Assembly (NCBI GenBank): GCA_910577325.1
Contig: CAJTMR010000002.1
Location: forward strand, 558 to 64,557
Direction: 5' to 3'
Length of the DNA: 64,000 nucleotides
Origin: an uncultured Parabacteroides sp.
GTDB taxonomy: Bacteria; Bacteroidota; Bacteroidia; Bacteroidales; Tannerellaceae
The notes beneath the pieces are model-generated. The model was not told where the DNA came from. It saw nothing but the letters and a program-made list of their open reading frames with translations, and did no database searches. Below are positions 28,340 to 38,926 of the stretch, piece after piece. Positions within the stretch are counted from its first letter, which is position 1; each line of letters starts with the position of its first letter. Made by a program: the position numbers and the translations under genes.

Positions 28340-29434
28340 ATGAATATGAATAATAAAAGTCTTTTTCTACTATTTCTTTTTTCCCTGTTCTTTTCATGTG
28401 GCAAGCAAGCTGCCATGCCAGAAGAAACGGATGCGGATCTGATGTTGACAGACAGTCTCCGGCAGGTGGTTTCGGTCGATACCGTTCGAAGGATGCCTTT
28501 GAACAACGAACTGTTGTTGAACGGTCGTGTCGCCTTCGATGCAGGGCTGGTAACTTATGTGTATCCTATTTTTGGAGGAACCGTTACCCGGGTGGAGGTT
28601 GAAGTCGGCGATTATGTGAAGAAAGGTGATCTCCTTGCCGTTATTCGAAGCAGCGAAGTGGCTGATTTTGAGAAACAGCAGAAGGATGCCGTCTGTCGAC
28701 TCGCTTTGTCCGAGCGTAATCTTGAGGCTGTCCGGGACATGCTCGATAGCGGAACGGTCTCCGAACGTGATCTCTTGCAGGCAGAACAGGATGCCGCCAA
28801 CGCGAAAGCGGAAGTGAAAAGGCTTCGTGAGGTGTATGACATCTACCGGATCGGTTCCAACTCGACCTATAATATAGTCTCTCCTGTCTCTGGTTTTGTA
28901 GTCAGTAAGAATATTAGCCGGGATATGTTGATCCGTTCCGACCGGGAGGAAGAATTGTTCACCGTCTCCGGTTTGGACGATGTCTGGGTGATGGCAGATG
29001 TGTACGAAGGTGATATCAGTAAAATACGTGAAGGAGCCGGTGTTCGTATTGCAACGCTTGCCTATGGAAAGGATAAGGAGTTCGTCGGGGCGATTGACAA
29101 GGTCTATAACCAGCTTGATAGTGAGAGTAAGACGATGAAGGTTCGTATCAAATTAAGCAATAAGGATTATATGCTTAAACCGGGAATGTTTACGAACGTG
29201 TATGTACAATGCCAGATGGAAGGGCAGGGTATGCCCTGTATACCAGCGCATGCCTTGATATTCGAGGGAAGTAAACAGTATGTAGTGGGTGTCGGCACGG
29301 ACGGCAGCCTGCAGATCCAGGAAGTCGGTGTTTATAAGCAGACGGATGAATACTGTTACCTGAATGCCGGGTTGGAAGAAGGAGACGTGATTGTGAACAA
29401 GAATGCTCTGTTGGTTTATAATGCTTTAAAATAA
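28340..29434 (+). CDS. RND efflux periplasmic adaptor (CzcB/CusB-like), lipoprotein
   Basis: Lipobox FFSC, VEVGDYVKKGD, SPVSGFV, LKPGMF. Confidence 0.92.
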   Translation: MNMNNKSLFLLFLFSLFFSCGKQAAMPEETDADLMLTDSLRQVVSVDTVRRMPLNNELLLNGRVAFDAGLVTYVYPIFGGTVTRVEVEVGDYVKKGDLLAVIRSSEVADFEKQQKDAVCRLALSERNLEAVRDMLDSGTVSERDLLQAEQDAANAKAEVKRLREVYDIYRIGSNSTYNIVSPVSGFVVSKNISRDMLIRSDREEELFTVSGLDDVWVMADVYEGDISKIREGAGVRIATLAYGKDKEFVGAIDKVYNQLDSESKTMKVRIKLSNKDYMLKPGMFTNVYVQCQMEGQGMPCIPAHALIFEGSKQYVVGVGTDGSLQIQEVGVYKQTDEYCYLNAGLEEGDVIVNKNALLVYNALK

Positions 29435-29442
29435 GGAACAAG

Positions 29443-32400
29443 ATGCATACCTTTATAGATAAAATTATCACTTTCTCGCTCAGGAACAGGTTTTTCATCT
29501 TTTTCCTGACTGTGATGGCTGTTATCGTGGGGGCGGTCAGTTTCCTGCATACGCCTGTCGATGCTTTTCCTGATGTGACGAACACGAAAGTGACGATCAT
29601 TACCCAATGGCCGGGACGAAGTGCGGAGGAAATCGAGAAGTTCATCACGATCCCGCTCGAAATAGCCATGAATCCAGTACAGAAGAAGACGGACATCCGG
29701 AGTACGACACTGTTCGGGTTGTCGGTCGTCCATGTGATGTTTGACGACGATGTGGACGATTTTTATGCTCGTCAGCAAGTCTATAACCTCTTGAACGATG
29801 CAGACCTGCCAGAAGGGGTGACACCGGAAGTACAGCCGTTATACGGGCCGACGGGAGAGATTTTCCGTTACACGCTGCGCAGCGATAAGCGGACGGTACG
29901 GGAGTTGAAAACCTTTCAGGACTGGGTGATTGAGCGGAAACTGAGAGCGGTTCCCGGTGTGGCGGATATTGTCAGTTTCGGAGGAGAGGTAAAAACCTTC
30001 GAAGTGAGTGTGAATCCGAACCAGTTGATTAACTACGGGGTGACGACGCTTGAACTCTATGATGCCATTGCCAAGAGCAATATTAATGTAGGGGGTGACG
30101 TGATTACCCGGAGTTCCCAGGCGTATGTCGTCCGGGGAATCGGTTTGATCAACGATGTGAAGGAGATTGAGAACATTGTGGTGAAGAACATCAATGGTAC
30201 GCCTATCCTGGTGAAGAACCTGGCGACTGTGCACGAGTCTTCCTTGCCTCGTCTCGGACAGGTGGGGCGGATGGAAGAGGACGATGTGGTGCAGGGGATC
30301 ATCGTGATGCGGAAAGGGGAGAATCCCGGTGAAGTGATTGCCGCCCTGAAAGACAAGATTTCCGATATTCAGCAGAACTCGTTGCCGGAGGATGTACGGA
30401 TTGTCCCTTTCTATGACCGGGAGAATTTGGTGTATCTGGCGGTGCATACAGTGACCCGTAATTTAATAGAGGGAATCCTTTTGGTGACTTTCATTGTATT
30501 GGTTTTTATGGCAGACTGGCGTACAACGGTCGTGGTGTCGATCATCATACCGTTGTCGCTGCTCTTTGCTTTCATTTGCATTCGAGCGATGGGGATGAGC
30601 GCGAACTTGTTGTCGATGGGGGCGATAGATTTTGGTATCATTATCGACGGGGCGGTCGTGATGGTGGAAGGGCTGTTTGTCGCACTCGACAGAAAAGCCC
30701 GCGAAGTGGGGATGCCCGCCTTTAATGTGATGAGCAAAATGGGGATTATTCGGCATACGGCGAAAGACCGGGCAAAAGCCGTGTTCTTTTCCAAATTGAT
30801 CATCATTACGGCATTGGTCCCGATCTTCTCTTTCCAGAAGGTGGAAGGAAAGATGTTCAGCCCGTTGGCCTATACATTGGGATTTGCCTTGTTGGGAGCC
30901 TTGGTCTTTACACTGACACTTGTGCCGGTCCTTTCGTCGATGCTGTTGAAGAAGAATGTGAGGGAGAGGCATAATCCATTTCTGGTTTGGGTGAACCGGA
31001 TGGCGATAGGGCTATTCGACCGTTGTCATGCCCATAAGCGGATGACGTTGATAGTCACTACATTGGTGGCGGCCGCCGGACTGTGGAGCTTCACTTTGTT
31101 GGGTACGGAATTCTTACCGCAGTTGAATGAAGGTTCCATTTATATCAGGGCGACGCTTCCACAAAGCATCTCGTTGGACGAATCGGTAAAACTGGCGAAC
31201 CAGATGAGACGCACATTGGCTTCTTATCCTGAAGTCCGTCAAGTCTTGTCGCAGACGGGGCGGCCGAACGACGGGACGGATGCGACAGGTTTCTACAACA
31301 TCGAGTTTCATGTGGACATTTATCCGGAAAAGCAGTGGGAGAGCAAGTTGATGAAAACGGAATTGATTGAGAAGATGCAGGAGCGGCTGGATATTTATCC
31401 GGGGATAGACTTCAACTTCTCGCAACCGATCAGCGACAACGTAGAAGAGGCGGCCAGTGGAGTGAAAGGTTCTATCGCGGTGAAAGTGTTCGGCAAGGAT
31501 CTGTATGAGTCGGAGAAGAAAGCGGTCGAGGTGTATAAGGTCTTGCAGACGGTAGACGGGATTGAAGATTTGGGAGTGATCCGCAATATCGGACAACCGG
31601 AACTGAGGATCGAGCTGAATGAATCCCGCTTGGCACGTTATGGTGTGGCGAAAGAGGATGTACAGTCGATCATCGAGATGGCGATCGGGGGAAAGAGTGC
31701 CTCGCTGCTTTATGAGGACGAGCGGAAGTATAATATCATGGTACGCTATGAATCCTCTTTCCGTCGCAGTGAGGATGAAATCGGCAAAATATTGGTTCCT
31801 GCCCGCGACGGAGCGATGATCCCGGTCAAGGAACTGGCGGATATCCGTACGATTACAGGGCCGCTGATTATCTATCGTGACAATCATGCCCGTTTCTGTG
31901 CCGTCAAGTTTTCCGTTCGTGGACGAGATATGGGGACGGCTGTTGCTGAAGCACAGCAGAAGGTGAAAAAGCAGGTCTGTTTACCTGATGGTTACACCCT
32001 GAAATGGACAGGAGATTTCGAGAACCAGCAACGAGCCACGAGGCGGTTGGCGCAGGTTGTACCGGTCAGTATCGCGATTATCTTTGTTATCCTTTTCGTC
32101 CTCTTCGGGAATACCCGTGATGCAGGGCTGGTCTTGTTGAATGTGCCGTATGCCGCGGTCGGGGGAATTCTGGCTTTGCTGCTTACTCGTTTTAATTTTT
32201 CGATATCGGCGGGTATCGGGTTTATCGCTCTCTTTGGCATTTGTATACAGAATGGGGTTATTATGATATCGGATATCAAGAATAATCTAAATGCACGCAG
32301 TCCGTTGGAACAGGCTGTCAAGCAGAGCGTCCGTTCGCGTGTTCGTTCCGTTTTGATGACGGCTTCTATGGCTGCCATCGGTCTGATGCCTGCGGCGCTC

Positions 32401-32598
32401 AGCCACGGTATTGGCTCGGAGAGCCAACGGCCATTGGCTATCGTTATCATTGGTGGATTGATCGGAGCGACCTTCTTTACTCTTTTTGTTTTTCCCTTGA
32501 TGGTTGAAACCTTTTATAGCCGGATGCTGTGCGATAAGCAGGGCAACCGCCCCAAAATCATAAAGCGTCCATCCGATTTCGCTACCGATACGGACTGA
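29443..32598 (+). CDS. CusA/CzcA family heavy-metal efflux RND transporter
   Basis: DAFPDVT, SANLLSMGAIDFGIIIDGAVVMVE, GSESQRPLAIVIIGG. Confidence 0.95.
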   Translation: MHTFIDKIITFSLRNRFFIFFLTVMAVIVGAVSFLHTPVDAFPDVTNTKVTIITQWPGRSAEEIEKFITIPLEIAMNPVQKKTDIRSTTLFGLSVVHVMFDDDVDDFYARQQVYNLLNDADLPEGVTPEVQPLYGPTGEIFRYTLRSDKRTVRELKTFQDWVIERKLRAVPGVADIVSFGGEVKTFEVSVNPNQLINYGVTTLELYDAIAKSNINVGGDVITRSSQAYVVRGIGLINDVKEIENIVVKNINGTPILVKNLATVHESSLPRLGQVGRMEEDDVVQGIIVMRKGENPGEVIAALKDKISDIQQNSLPEDVRIVPFYDRENLVYLAVHTVTRNLIEGILLVTFIVLVFMADWRTTVVVSIIIPLSLLFAFICIRAMGMSANLLSMGAIDFGIIIDGAVVMVEGLFVALDRKAREVGMPAFNVMSKMGIIRHTAKDRAKAVFFSKLIIITALVPIFSFQKVEGKMFSPLAYTLGFALLGALVFTLTLVPVLSSMLLKKNVRERHNPFLVWVNRMAIGLFDRCHAHKRMTLIVTTLVAAAGLWSFTLLGTEFLPQLNEGSIYIRATLPQSISLDESVKLANQMRRTLASYPEVRQVLSQTGRPNDGTDATGFYNIEFHVDIYPEKQWESKLMKTELIEKMQERLDIYPGIDFNFSQPISDNVEEAASGVKGSIAVKVFGKDLYESEKKAVEVYKVLQTVDGIEDLGVIRNIGQPELRIELNESRLARYGVAKEDVQSIIEMAIGGKSASLLYEDERKYNIMVRYESSFRRSEDEIGKILVPARDGAMIPVKELADIRTITGPLIIYRDNHARFCAVKFSVRGRDMGTAVAEAQQKVKKQVCLPDGYTLKWTGDFENQQRATRRLAQVVPVSIAIIFVILFVLFGNTRDAGLVLLNVPYAAVGGILALLLTRFNFSISAGIGFIALFGICIQNGVIMISDIKNNLNARSPLEQAVKQSVRSRVRSVLMTASMAAIGLMPAALSHGIGSESQRPLAIVIIGGLIGATFFTLFVFPLMVETFYSRMLCDKQGNRPKIIKRPSDFATDTD

Positions 32599-32640
32599 CC
32601 ATATAATGTTTTTGCAAAAACAACTATCATACTGTCATAT
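32539..32640 (+). repeat. Dispersed ~100-bp repeat, copy B (overlaps the CusA 3' end)
   Basis: Inverted copy of 13072-13174; encodes QGNRPKIIKRPSDFATDTD*. Confidence 0.9.
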
Positions 32641-32678
32641 TTGTAATTATATTTGTAGCACGATACATATAAATAACA

Positions 32679-33356
32679 ATGGCAAAGATCTTATTAGTAG
32701 AAGATGAAATAAACATCGCTTCCTTTATTGAGCGGGGCTTGCGGGAGTTTGGCCATGAAGTTTGCGTGGCCAATGACGGGCAAGCCGGCTGGGAGTTGGT
32801 TCAGTTAGAGGATTTCCAATTATTGATATTAGATATTATTATGCCTAAGATGAACGGCTTGCAATTGTGTAAACAGTATCGTCAGGTGTATGGTTACCAG
32901 TCGTCCGTTATTATGCTGACTGCTTTAGGGACGACGGATGATATCGTGAACGGCTTGGATGCCGGAGCCGACGACTATCTGGTGAAACCTTTCAGTTTTC
33001 AGGAATTGGAAGCTCGCATCAAAGCTCTTTTGCGACGTACGGGGCCGGAACTTGCCGTACCGCTTCTGAGTTGTGGCGATTTGACACTCGATCCGTCTAC
33101 TCACCGGGCAGTTCGTGGCAAGGTTGTTGTTGACTTGACCGTGAAGGAATATCGCCTGCTCGAATATCTGATCCGGAACCAGGGGACGGCACAGAGCCGG
33201 ATGACCTTATTGAAAAATGTCTGGGACAAGAATTTTGATACGAATACGAATGTGGTGGACGTCTATGTAAATTATCTGAGAAGCAAGATTGACAAGGACT
33301 TCGACCATAAACTCATCCGCACCGTAGTGGGAGTGGGCTATATGATGGAGGCATGA
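32679..33356 (+). CDS. OmpR-family response regulator (CusR/CzcR-like)
   Basis: ILLVEDE, LDIIMP, GADDYLVKPF, winged-helix TNVVDVYVNYLRSKID; TATATTTG at 32648-32655. Confidence 0.93.
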   Translation: MAKILLVEDEINIASFIERGLREFGHEVCVANDGQAGWELVQLEDFQLLILDIIMPKMNGLQLCKQYRQVYGYQSSVIMLTALGTTDDIVNGLDAGADDYLVKPFSFQELEARIKALLRRTGPELAVPLLSCGDLTLDPSTHRAVRGKVVVDLTVKEYRLLEYLIRNQGTAQSRMTLLKNVWDKNFDTNTNVVDVYVNYLRSKIDKDFDHKLIRTVVGVGYMMEA

Positions 33357-34555
33357 AGATAGGAGACAAGATAGCACTTTTTTATACGGCTATCACGATC
33401 GGAATTATTTCAGCGGTGATAGTCGTTTTCTATTTTGTGGCGACCGACTATATCAGCCGCCTTTACTATTCCTATTTGACGGAGAAAGCATATGCGACGG
33501 CTCAGAAGCACTGGGAAAAGGATGAGCTGAACGAAGAAGATTACGCTCGTATCCAGCAACATTATGAGGAGACGTTGCCTGTTGCGGCGGAAATTTTGCT
33601 GAACGCTGACAGTGTTATGGAGGCACATGCCGTTCTGTCTCGTTACCTGACTGATGAGAAGATCGCTTCTTTGTATGCAGGCAATGTGGTTCGTTTTCAT
33701 GAAGGAAAAGAATTAGGGGCGGCTGTTTACTATCCTGATAATGAGGGTAATTTTATTGTGCTGGTTGTGTCGAGCAACCAGTATGGCGGGGATATTCAAC
33801 ATCGGATCGGCTGGTTGTTGCTGGGGATGTTAGTGATCAGTGCCGTCTTGGTCTATTTCGTAGGTCGATTGTATGCGACCCGTATGGTCGACCGTATCGA
33901 TGCGGCCTACCAGAGTGAGAAGTCTTTTATCAGCAATGCTTCTCATGAATTGAATAATCCGCTTACGGCTATCCAGGGAGAATGCGAGATCAGCTTGTTG
34001 AAGGAACGTACGCCGGCTGAATACCAGGCTGCATTGGGACGTATCGCTTCCGAAACAAAACGGATCATCCAGTTGATGAAGAACTTGCTTTTTCTCTCTC
34101 ATGGAGACAAGGAGATTTTGAAGAATGCTCGTGAGACGGTTTTGTTGGCCGACTTCTTGATGCAGTTTGTGGGCAACCGCATTCGTTTTACGACCGACCA
34201 TTTCGCTTTTGCCATTGAAGCGAATCCGCATCTGCTGAAGATTGCTATCGGCAACATTTTGAATAATGCCTGTAAATATTCGGGAGATGCGCCTGTCGAG
34301 ATGCGGCTGAAAGGTTCTGTACTGACCATTACGGATACGGGAATTGGTATTCCGAAGGAGGAGATAGCCTGTGTATACCAGCCTTTCTACCGTGCCTCTA
34401 ATACGCGTGAGTTCGCAGGGCATGGTATTGGGTTGAGCCTTTCCATGCGTATCTTAAGAAGTTACAGGGCGGAAATCACGATTACGTCGGAAGTCGACAA
34501 AGGTACGTCGGTGGAAATTGAATTTTTTCAACATTTAAGCCGTTCTGATTGTTAG
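33353..34555 (+). CDS. Sensor histidine kinase
   Basis: Two TM helices, H-box SHELNNPL, N-box NILNNACKYS, DTGIGI, GHGIGL. Confidence 0.93.
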   Translation: MKIGDKIALFYTAITIGIISAVIVVFYFVATDYISRLYYSYLTEKAYATAQKHWEKDELNEEDYARIQQHYEETLPVAAEILLNADSVMEAHAVLSRYLTDEKIASLYAGNVVRFHEGKELGAAVYYPDNEGNFIVLVVSSNQYGGDIQHRIGWLLLGMLVISAVLVYFVGRLYATRMVDRIDAAYQSEKSFISNASHELNNPLTAIQGECEISLLKERTPAEYQAALGRIASETKRIIQLMKNLLFLSHGDKEILKNARETVLLADFLMQFVGNRIRFTTDHFAFAIEANPHLLKIAIGNILNNACKYSGDAPVEMRLKGSVLTITDTGIGIPKEEIACVYQPFYRASNTREFAGHGIGLSLSMRILRSYRAEITITSEVDKGTSVEIEFFQHLSRSDC

Positions 34556-34700
34556 ATATAAAGTAAATTCGCCATCATCGTGCTTTGGTGAACGAAGTTA
34601 TTCGTGGAAAGATTATCTTTATATCGCTGATTTATTATATTTTTGTGGCCATTGTCCGGTGTGAGCCAGGCAATGGCTATTAATTTTATCGTAAACAGAT

Positions 34701-35567
34701 ATGGAAATAGATAGTTGCACAGGCCTGGTGCTTGAAGGAGGAGGAATGCGTGCCATCTTCACTGTCGGGGTGCTGGACTGCTTTATGGATCATGGGATTT
34801 GGTTCCCCTATACGATCGGTGTGTCTGCTGGGGCAAGCAACGGTATTTCGTATGCCTCCCGGCAACGCGGGCGCTCCCGGTTCAGTAATATCGACCTGCT
34901 GGAAAAATATGATTATATCGGTTTCAGACATTTTCTGCGAGGACGGGGGTATATTGATATGAAATTCCTTTTTTATGTTTATCCGGAGAAATATTATCCG
35001 CTTGATTACGACACTTATTTTAAGTCCCCGGACCGTTTTGTCATGGTTGCCAGTAATTGCTTGACGGGTAAAGCCGAATATTTCGAGGAGAAGCAGGATG
35101 CGGACCGCCTTGTGGATATTTGTTGTGCCTCTTGTACGCTTCCGGTGCTCTGTCCGGTAGCATATGTCGACGGTGTCCCAATGGTTGATGGTGGAGTCTG
35201 TGATGCCATTCCTATCCGGCATGCCATCGACGATGGTTTCCGTAAGAACGTGATTATCTTGACTCGGAACAAAGGTTACCGGAAGGAAGAAAAGGATTTT
35301 TGGCTACCAAGTTTCATCTACCGTAAATATCCTGCTATCCGGAAACAATTGAAACTGCGCTATCGCAAGTATAATGAAGTGTTGGATTATATTGACGAGC
35401 TGGAAGCGGCAGGAGATGCAATCGTCATTCGTCCGAAAAAAAGAATGGAAGTGGGTCGCACTACCAATGACCGTAAGAAATTGTCTCTCTTGTATGACGA
35501 GGGGTATGCCATCGGGCAATCCTTTGTTGAAAACAATCGGTTTGATTTCAAAACAGATATGTTTTGA
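34701..35567 (+). CDS. Patatin family phospholipase
   Basis: LEGGGMRA, GVSAG, DGG. Confidence 0.92.
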   Translation: MEIDSCTGLVLEGGGMRAIFTVGVLDCFMDHGIWFPYTIGVSAGASNGISYASRQRGRSRFSNIDLLEKYDYIGFRHFLRGRGYIDMKFLFYVYPEKYYPLDYDTYFKSPDRFVMVASNCLTGKAEYFEEKQDADRLVDICCASCTLPVLCPVAYVDGVPMVDGGVCDAIPIRHAIDDGFRKNVIILTRNKGYRKEEKDFWLPSFIYRKYPAIRKQLKLRYRKYNEVLDYIDELEAAGDAIVIRPKKRMEVGRTTNDRKKLSLLYDEGYAIGQSFVENNRFDFKTDMF

Positions 35568-35646
35568 GTATCGGGTAAAAATGAAGGCCTTAAAATTCGG
35601 ATTATTCAAGGGGATTCCTTACATTTGTATATTAACATATTAAAAG

Positions 35647-36474
35647 ATGCAAGTGATGATGGACAATTATGCAAATTACCTGTATATAGCTATACGTGCC
35701 GCCCTCGATGCAGGCAAGGCTATTATGGATATTTATACCGATCCGAATTCTGATTTCGGTATTGAACGGAAGGCTGATAATTCGCCTTTGACAAAAGCCG
35801 ATAAGAAATCCCATCAGATTATTTCGATGGCTCTGTCCGTGACGCCGTTTCCTGTATTGAGTGAGGAAGGGAAGGATATTCCTTTTGCCGAACGCTCTGC
35901 TTGGAGTATGCTGTGGATCGTGGATCCGCTGGATGGAACAAAAGAATTTATCAAGAAGAATGGCGAATTTACGGTCAATATCGCCTTAGTGAAACAAGGA
36001 GTTCCGGTATTAGGAGTGATCTATGTCCCGGTACGGAAAGAATTGTATTTTGCGGCAGATTCTGTAGGAGCCTTTAAGTTGACCGGGATAGACAGCGTAT
36101 ATCAGCCTTCAATGGATGAGATACGGGATAAATCTGTCCGCTTGCCTATTTCGATGGGGCATCAGGGAATCGTCGTGGTTGCTTCGCGTTCGCATCAGAC
36201 GGAAGATACGACGGCTTTTGTCGATAATTTACGTAAACAGGGGCAACCGGTGACGTTGATCAGTAGCGGAAGTAGTTTGAAGATCTGCTTGGTGGCGGAA
36301 GGTACAGCCGATGTATATCCCCGTTTCGCACCGACGATGGAGTGGGATACAGCAGCGGGGCATGCGATTGCACGGGCTGCCGGATGCGATGTCTTTCATA
36401 TCGATGGTAAAACACCTTTGAAATATAATAAGAAAGACCTTCATAATCCGTGGTTCATTGTCAAACCGCTCTGA
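35647..36474 (+). CDS. cysQ: 3'(2'),5'-bisphosphate nucleotidase
   Basis: KADNSPLTKAD, WIVDPLDGTKEF, EWDTAAGHAI. Confidence 0.95.
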   Translation: MQVMMDNYANYLYIAIRAALDAGKAIMDIYTDPNSDFGIERKADNSPLTKADKKSHQIISMALSVTPFPVLSEEGKDIPFAERSAWSMLWIVDPLDGTKEFIKKNGEFTVNIALVKQGVPVLGVIYVPVRKELYFAADSVGAFKLTGIDSVYQPSMDEIRDKSVRLPISMGHQGIVVVASRSHQTEDTTAFVDNLRKQGQPVTLISSGSSLKICLVAEGTADVYPRFAPTMEWDTAAGHAIARAAGCDVFHIDGKTPLKYNKKDLHNPWFIVKPL

Positions 36475-36587
36475 AAGAGATTTGTTTCGTTTGCTGAAAC
36501 TTTTGGTCTGTAAGTAATATAATCCCTAAAATAGGTTATTGTAGTGAGATTAGGTTTAATATTCTTATTACATTTGCAATCTTAATA

Positions 36588-36673
36588 GAACAATTGATAA
36601 TGGATAATTGACAATGGACAATTAATGGTCTTTGTTTTTAATTTTCGATTGTCAATTTTTCAATTTTCAATTG
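36588..36673. repeat. Heptamer (A/TTGACAA)-type repeat hairpin in a 5' UTR
   Basis: CAATTGATAATGGATAATTGACAATGGACAATT..ATTGTCAATTTTTCAATTTTCAATTG, just after the -7 box TACATTTG (36569-36576). Confidence 0.7.
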
Positions 36674-36679
36674 AAAGAA

Positions 36680-38233
36680 ATGAACTTTGAAATAATATTT
36701 GTATTGCTGGCGTTGGCTGGCATGATAGCGGCGTTGATATGGGATGGACTGAGGCCCGGGATGGTGTTACTTACGGTTGTGATTCTATTTCTCTGTGTAG
36801 GAATATTGACGCCGAAGGAAATGCTCGAAGGTTTTAGTAATAAAGGGATGATAACTGTCGGGATGTTGTTTCTGGTAAGCGAGGGTATCCGCCAGAGTGG
36901 AGCATTGGGACAGCTTATAAAAAAGTTGCTGCCGGAGGGGAAAACAACCGTTTTCAAGGCGCAGTTGCGTATGCTTCCACCTATTGCTTTTGTCTCTGCT
37001 TTTCTCAATAACACGCCTGTTGTTGTTATTTTCGCCCCTATAATCAAACGTTGGGCGGAGTCGGTCAAGTTGCCGGCGACGAAGTTCTTGATTCCTCTTT
37101 CGTATGTAACTATTCTGGGTGGTATTTGTACTTTGATCGGAACATCGACCAATCTGGTTGTGCATGGTATGATTCTTGATGCTGGATATGAAGGCTTTAC
37201 GATGTTCGAGCTTGGGAAGGTGGGGATTTTTATCGCGCTGACAGGTATTATTTATTTGTTTGTGTTTTCCAGTAAGCTATTGCCGGATTCCCGTACTGAC
37301 CGTTATGAGGAAGGGGAGGAAGATGGTAACCTTGGTAGTTTGCATCGGGTGGAAGCTGTGTTGGGTTCTCGTTTTCCGGGTATCAACAAGACATTGGGGG
37401 AGTTCAATTTTACCCGTCATTACGGTGCGATCGTGAAAGAAGTGAAGAGCGGAGGTCAACGGTTTACACGTGATCTTGATAAGGTGACATTGCATGAAGG
37501 CGATACGCTGGTTCTTTGGGCGGATGATACGTTTGTACCGACATGGGGTGAATCAAGCGTCTTTCTTTTGCTTGCCAACGGTACGGATGGTACGGAACCG
37601 GTTTCCCGCAAGAAGCGTTGGCTGGCATTGGGCTTGCTGATCTTTATGATCGTAGGTGCTACGGTAGGGGAGTTGCCTGTGGTGAAAGATGCGTTTCCCG
37701 GAGTCAGGTTGGATATGTTTTTCTTTGTTTGTATTACGACCGTCATTATGGCATGGACCAAGATATTCCCTCCTAAAAAGTATACCAAATATATATCTTG
37801 GGATATTCTGATTACGATAGCCTGTGCTTTTGCCATTAGCAAAGCAATGGAGAATTCTGGCTTTGCAACTTTGATAGCCCGGCATATTATCGACATGGCA
37901 CATGATATCGGTCCGTATGCTTTGTTGGCGATCCTTTTTATCATCACCAATATTTTTACGGAGTTGATTACGAACAATGCTGCGGCGGCACTTAGTTTTC
38001 CGATCGCTTTGTCGGTCGCTACGCAGTTAGGTGTGGACCCGACTCCATTCTTTGTGGTGATCTGTATGGCGGCATCCGCGAGTTTCAGTACGCCGATTGG
38101 TTATCAGACTAATCTGATTGTGCAAGGTATCGGCAGTTATAAGTTCACGGACTTCGTGAGAATCGGTTTACCTCTTAACTTAATCACTTTTTTGATCTCG
38201 GTATTTGTGATACCTATGATCTGGAAATTCTAA
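36680..38233 (+). CDS. SLC13 family permease (putative sulfate importer) with TrkA-C-like domain
   Basis: SAFLNNTPVV, GICTLIGTSTNL, ITNNAAA, STPIGYQTN; start moved to the ATG at 36680. Confidence 0.9.
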   Translation: MNFEIIFVLLALAGMIAALIWDGLRPGMVLLTVVILFLCVGILTPKEMLEGFSNKGMITVGMLFLVSEGIRQSGALGQLIKKLLPEGKTTVFKAQLRMLPPIAFVSAFLNNTPVVVIFAPIIKRWAESVKLPATKFLIPLSYVTILGGICTLIGTSTNLVVHGMILDAGYEGFTMFELGKVGIFIALTGIIYLFVFSSKLLPDSRTDRYEEGEEDGNLGSLHRVEAVLGSRFPGINKTLGEFNFTRHYGAIVKEVKSGGQRFTRDLDKVTLHEGDTLVLWADDTFVPTWGESSVFLLLANGTDGTEPVSRKKRWLALGLLIFMIVGATVGELPVVKDAFPGVRLDMFFFVCITTVIMAWTKIFPPKKYTKYISWDILITIACAFAISKAMENSGFATLIARHIIDMAHDIGPYALLAILFIITNIFTELITNNAAAALSFPIALSVATQLGVDPTPFFVVICMAASASFSTPIGYQTNLIVQGIGSYKFTDFVRIGLPLNLITFLISVFVIPMIWKF

Positions 38234-38242
38234 TAGTTGAAA

Positions 38243-38863
38243 ATGAAAGAAAAGCAAAATTCTAATATTTATCCTATTTTCGATAGGATGATGACGAGGG
38301 AGGATAAGGAGCGTTTGTTGAAACAACGCAGTGTGATGGTGTGGTTTACTGGATTGAGTGGTTCCGGAAAGAGTACGGTGGCTATGGCACTTGAGCGCGA
38401 GTTGCACAAATGCGGTTTATTGTGTCGTATTCTGGACGGCGATAATATCCGCAGCGGGATCAACAATAATCTCGGTTTCTCGGCTGAAGATCGAGTAGAA
38501 AATATCCGCCGTATTGCTGAAGTAAGCAAACTCTTTATCGATACAGGTGTTATCACTATAGCGGCTTTTATCAGTCCGAATAACGATTTGAGGGAAATGG
38601 CAGCATCTATTATAGGGAAAGAAAATTTTCTCGAAATATATGTCAGTACTCCGATTGAGGAGTGTGAGCGACGCGATGTCAAAGGGCTGTATGCGAAGGC
38701 ACGTCGGGGTGAGATCAAGGATTTTACTGGGGTTTCCGCTCTGTTTGAAGTGCCCGAACATCCAGACTTGATGTTGGACACTTCTGTGCTGAGCTTGGAG
38801 GAGTCCGTGAGTCGTTTGCTTGGGCTTATATTGCCAAAGGTTTCCCCGGTTAAGAAAATATAG
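38243..38863 (+). CDS. cysC: Adenylyl-sulfate kinase
   Basis: WFTGLSGSGKST, LDGDNIR, RDVKGLY. Confidence 0.96.
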   Translation: MKEKQNSNIYPIFDRMMTREDKERLLKQRSVMVWFTGLSGSGKSTVAMALERELHKCGLLCRILDGDNIRSGINNNLGFSAEDRVENIRRIAEVSKLFIDTGVITIAAFISPNNDLREMAASIIGKENFLEIYVSTPIEECERRDVKGLYAKARRGEIKDFTGVSALFEVPEHPDLMLDTSVLSLEESVSRLLGLILPKVSPVKKI

Positions 38864-38926
38864 TTTCATGGGCATGGAACGGAAATTGAATCGAAAGGTA
38901 AGAATAATAACATTAAATAATATACA

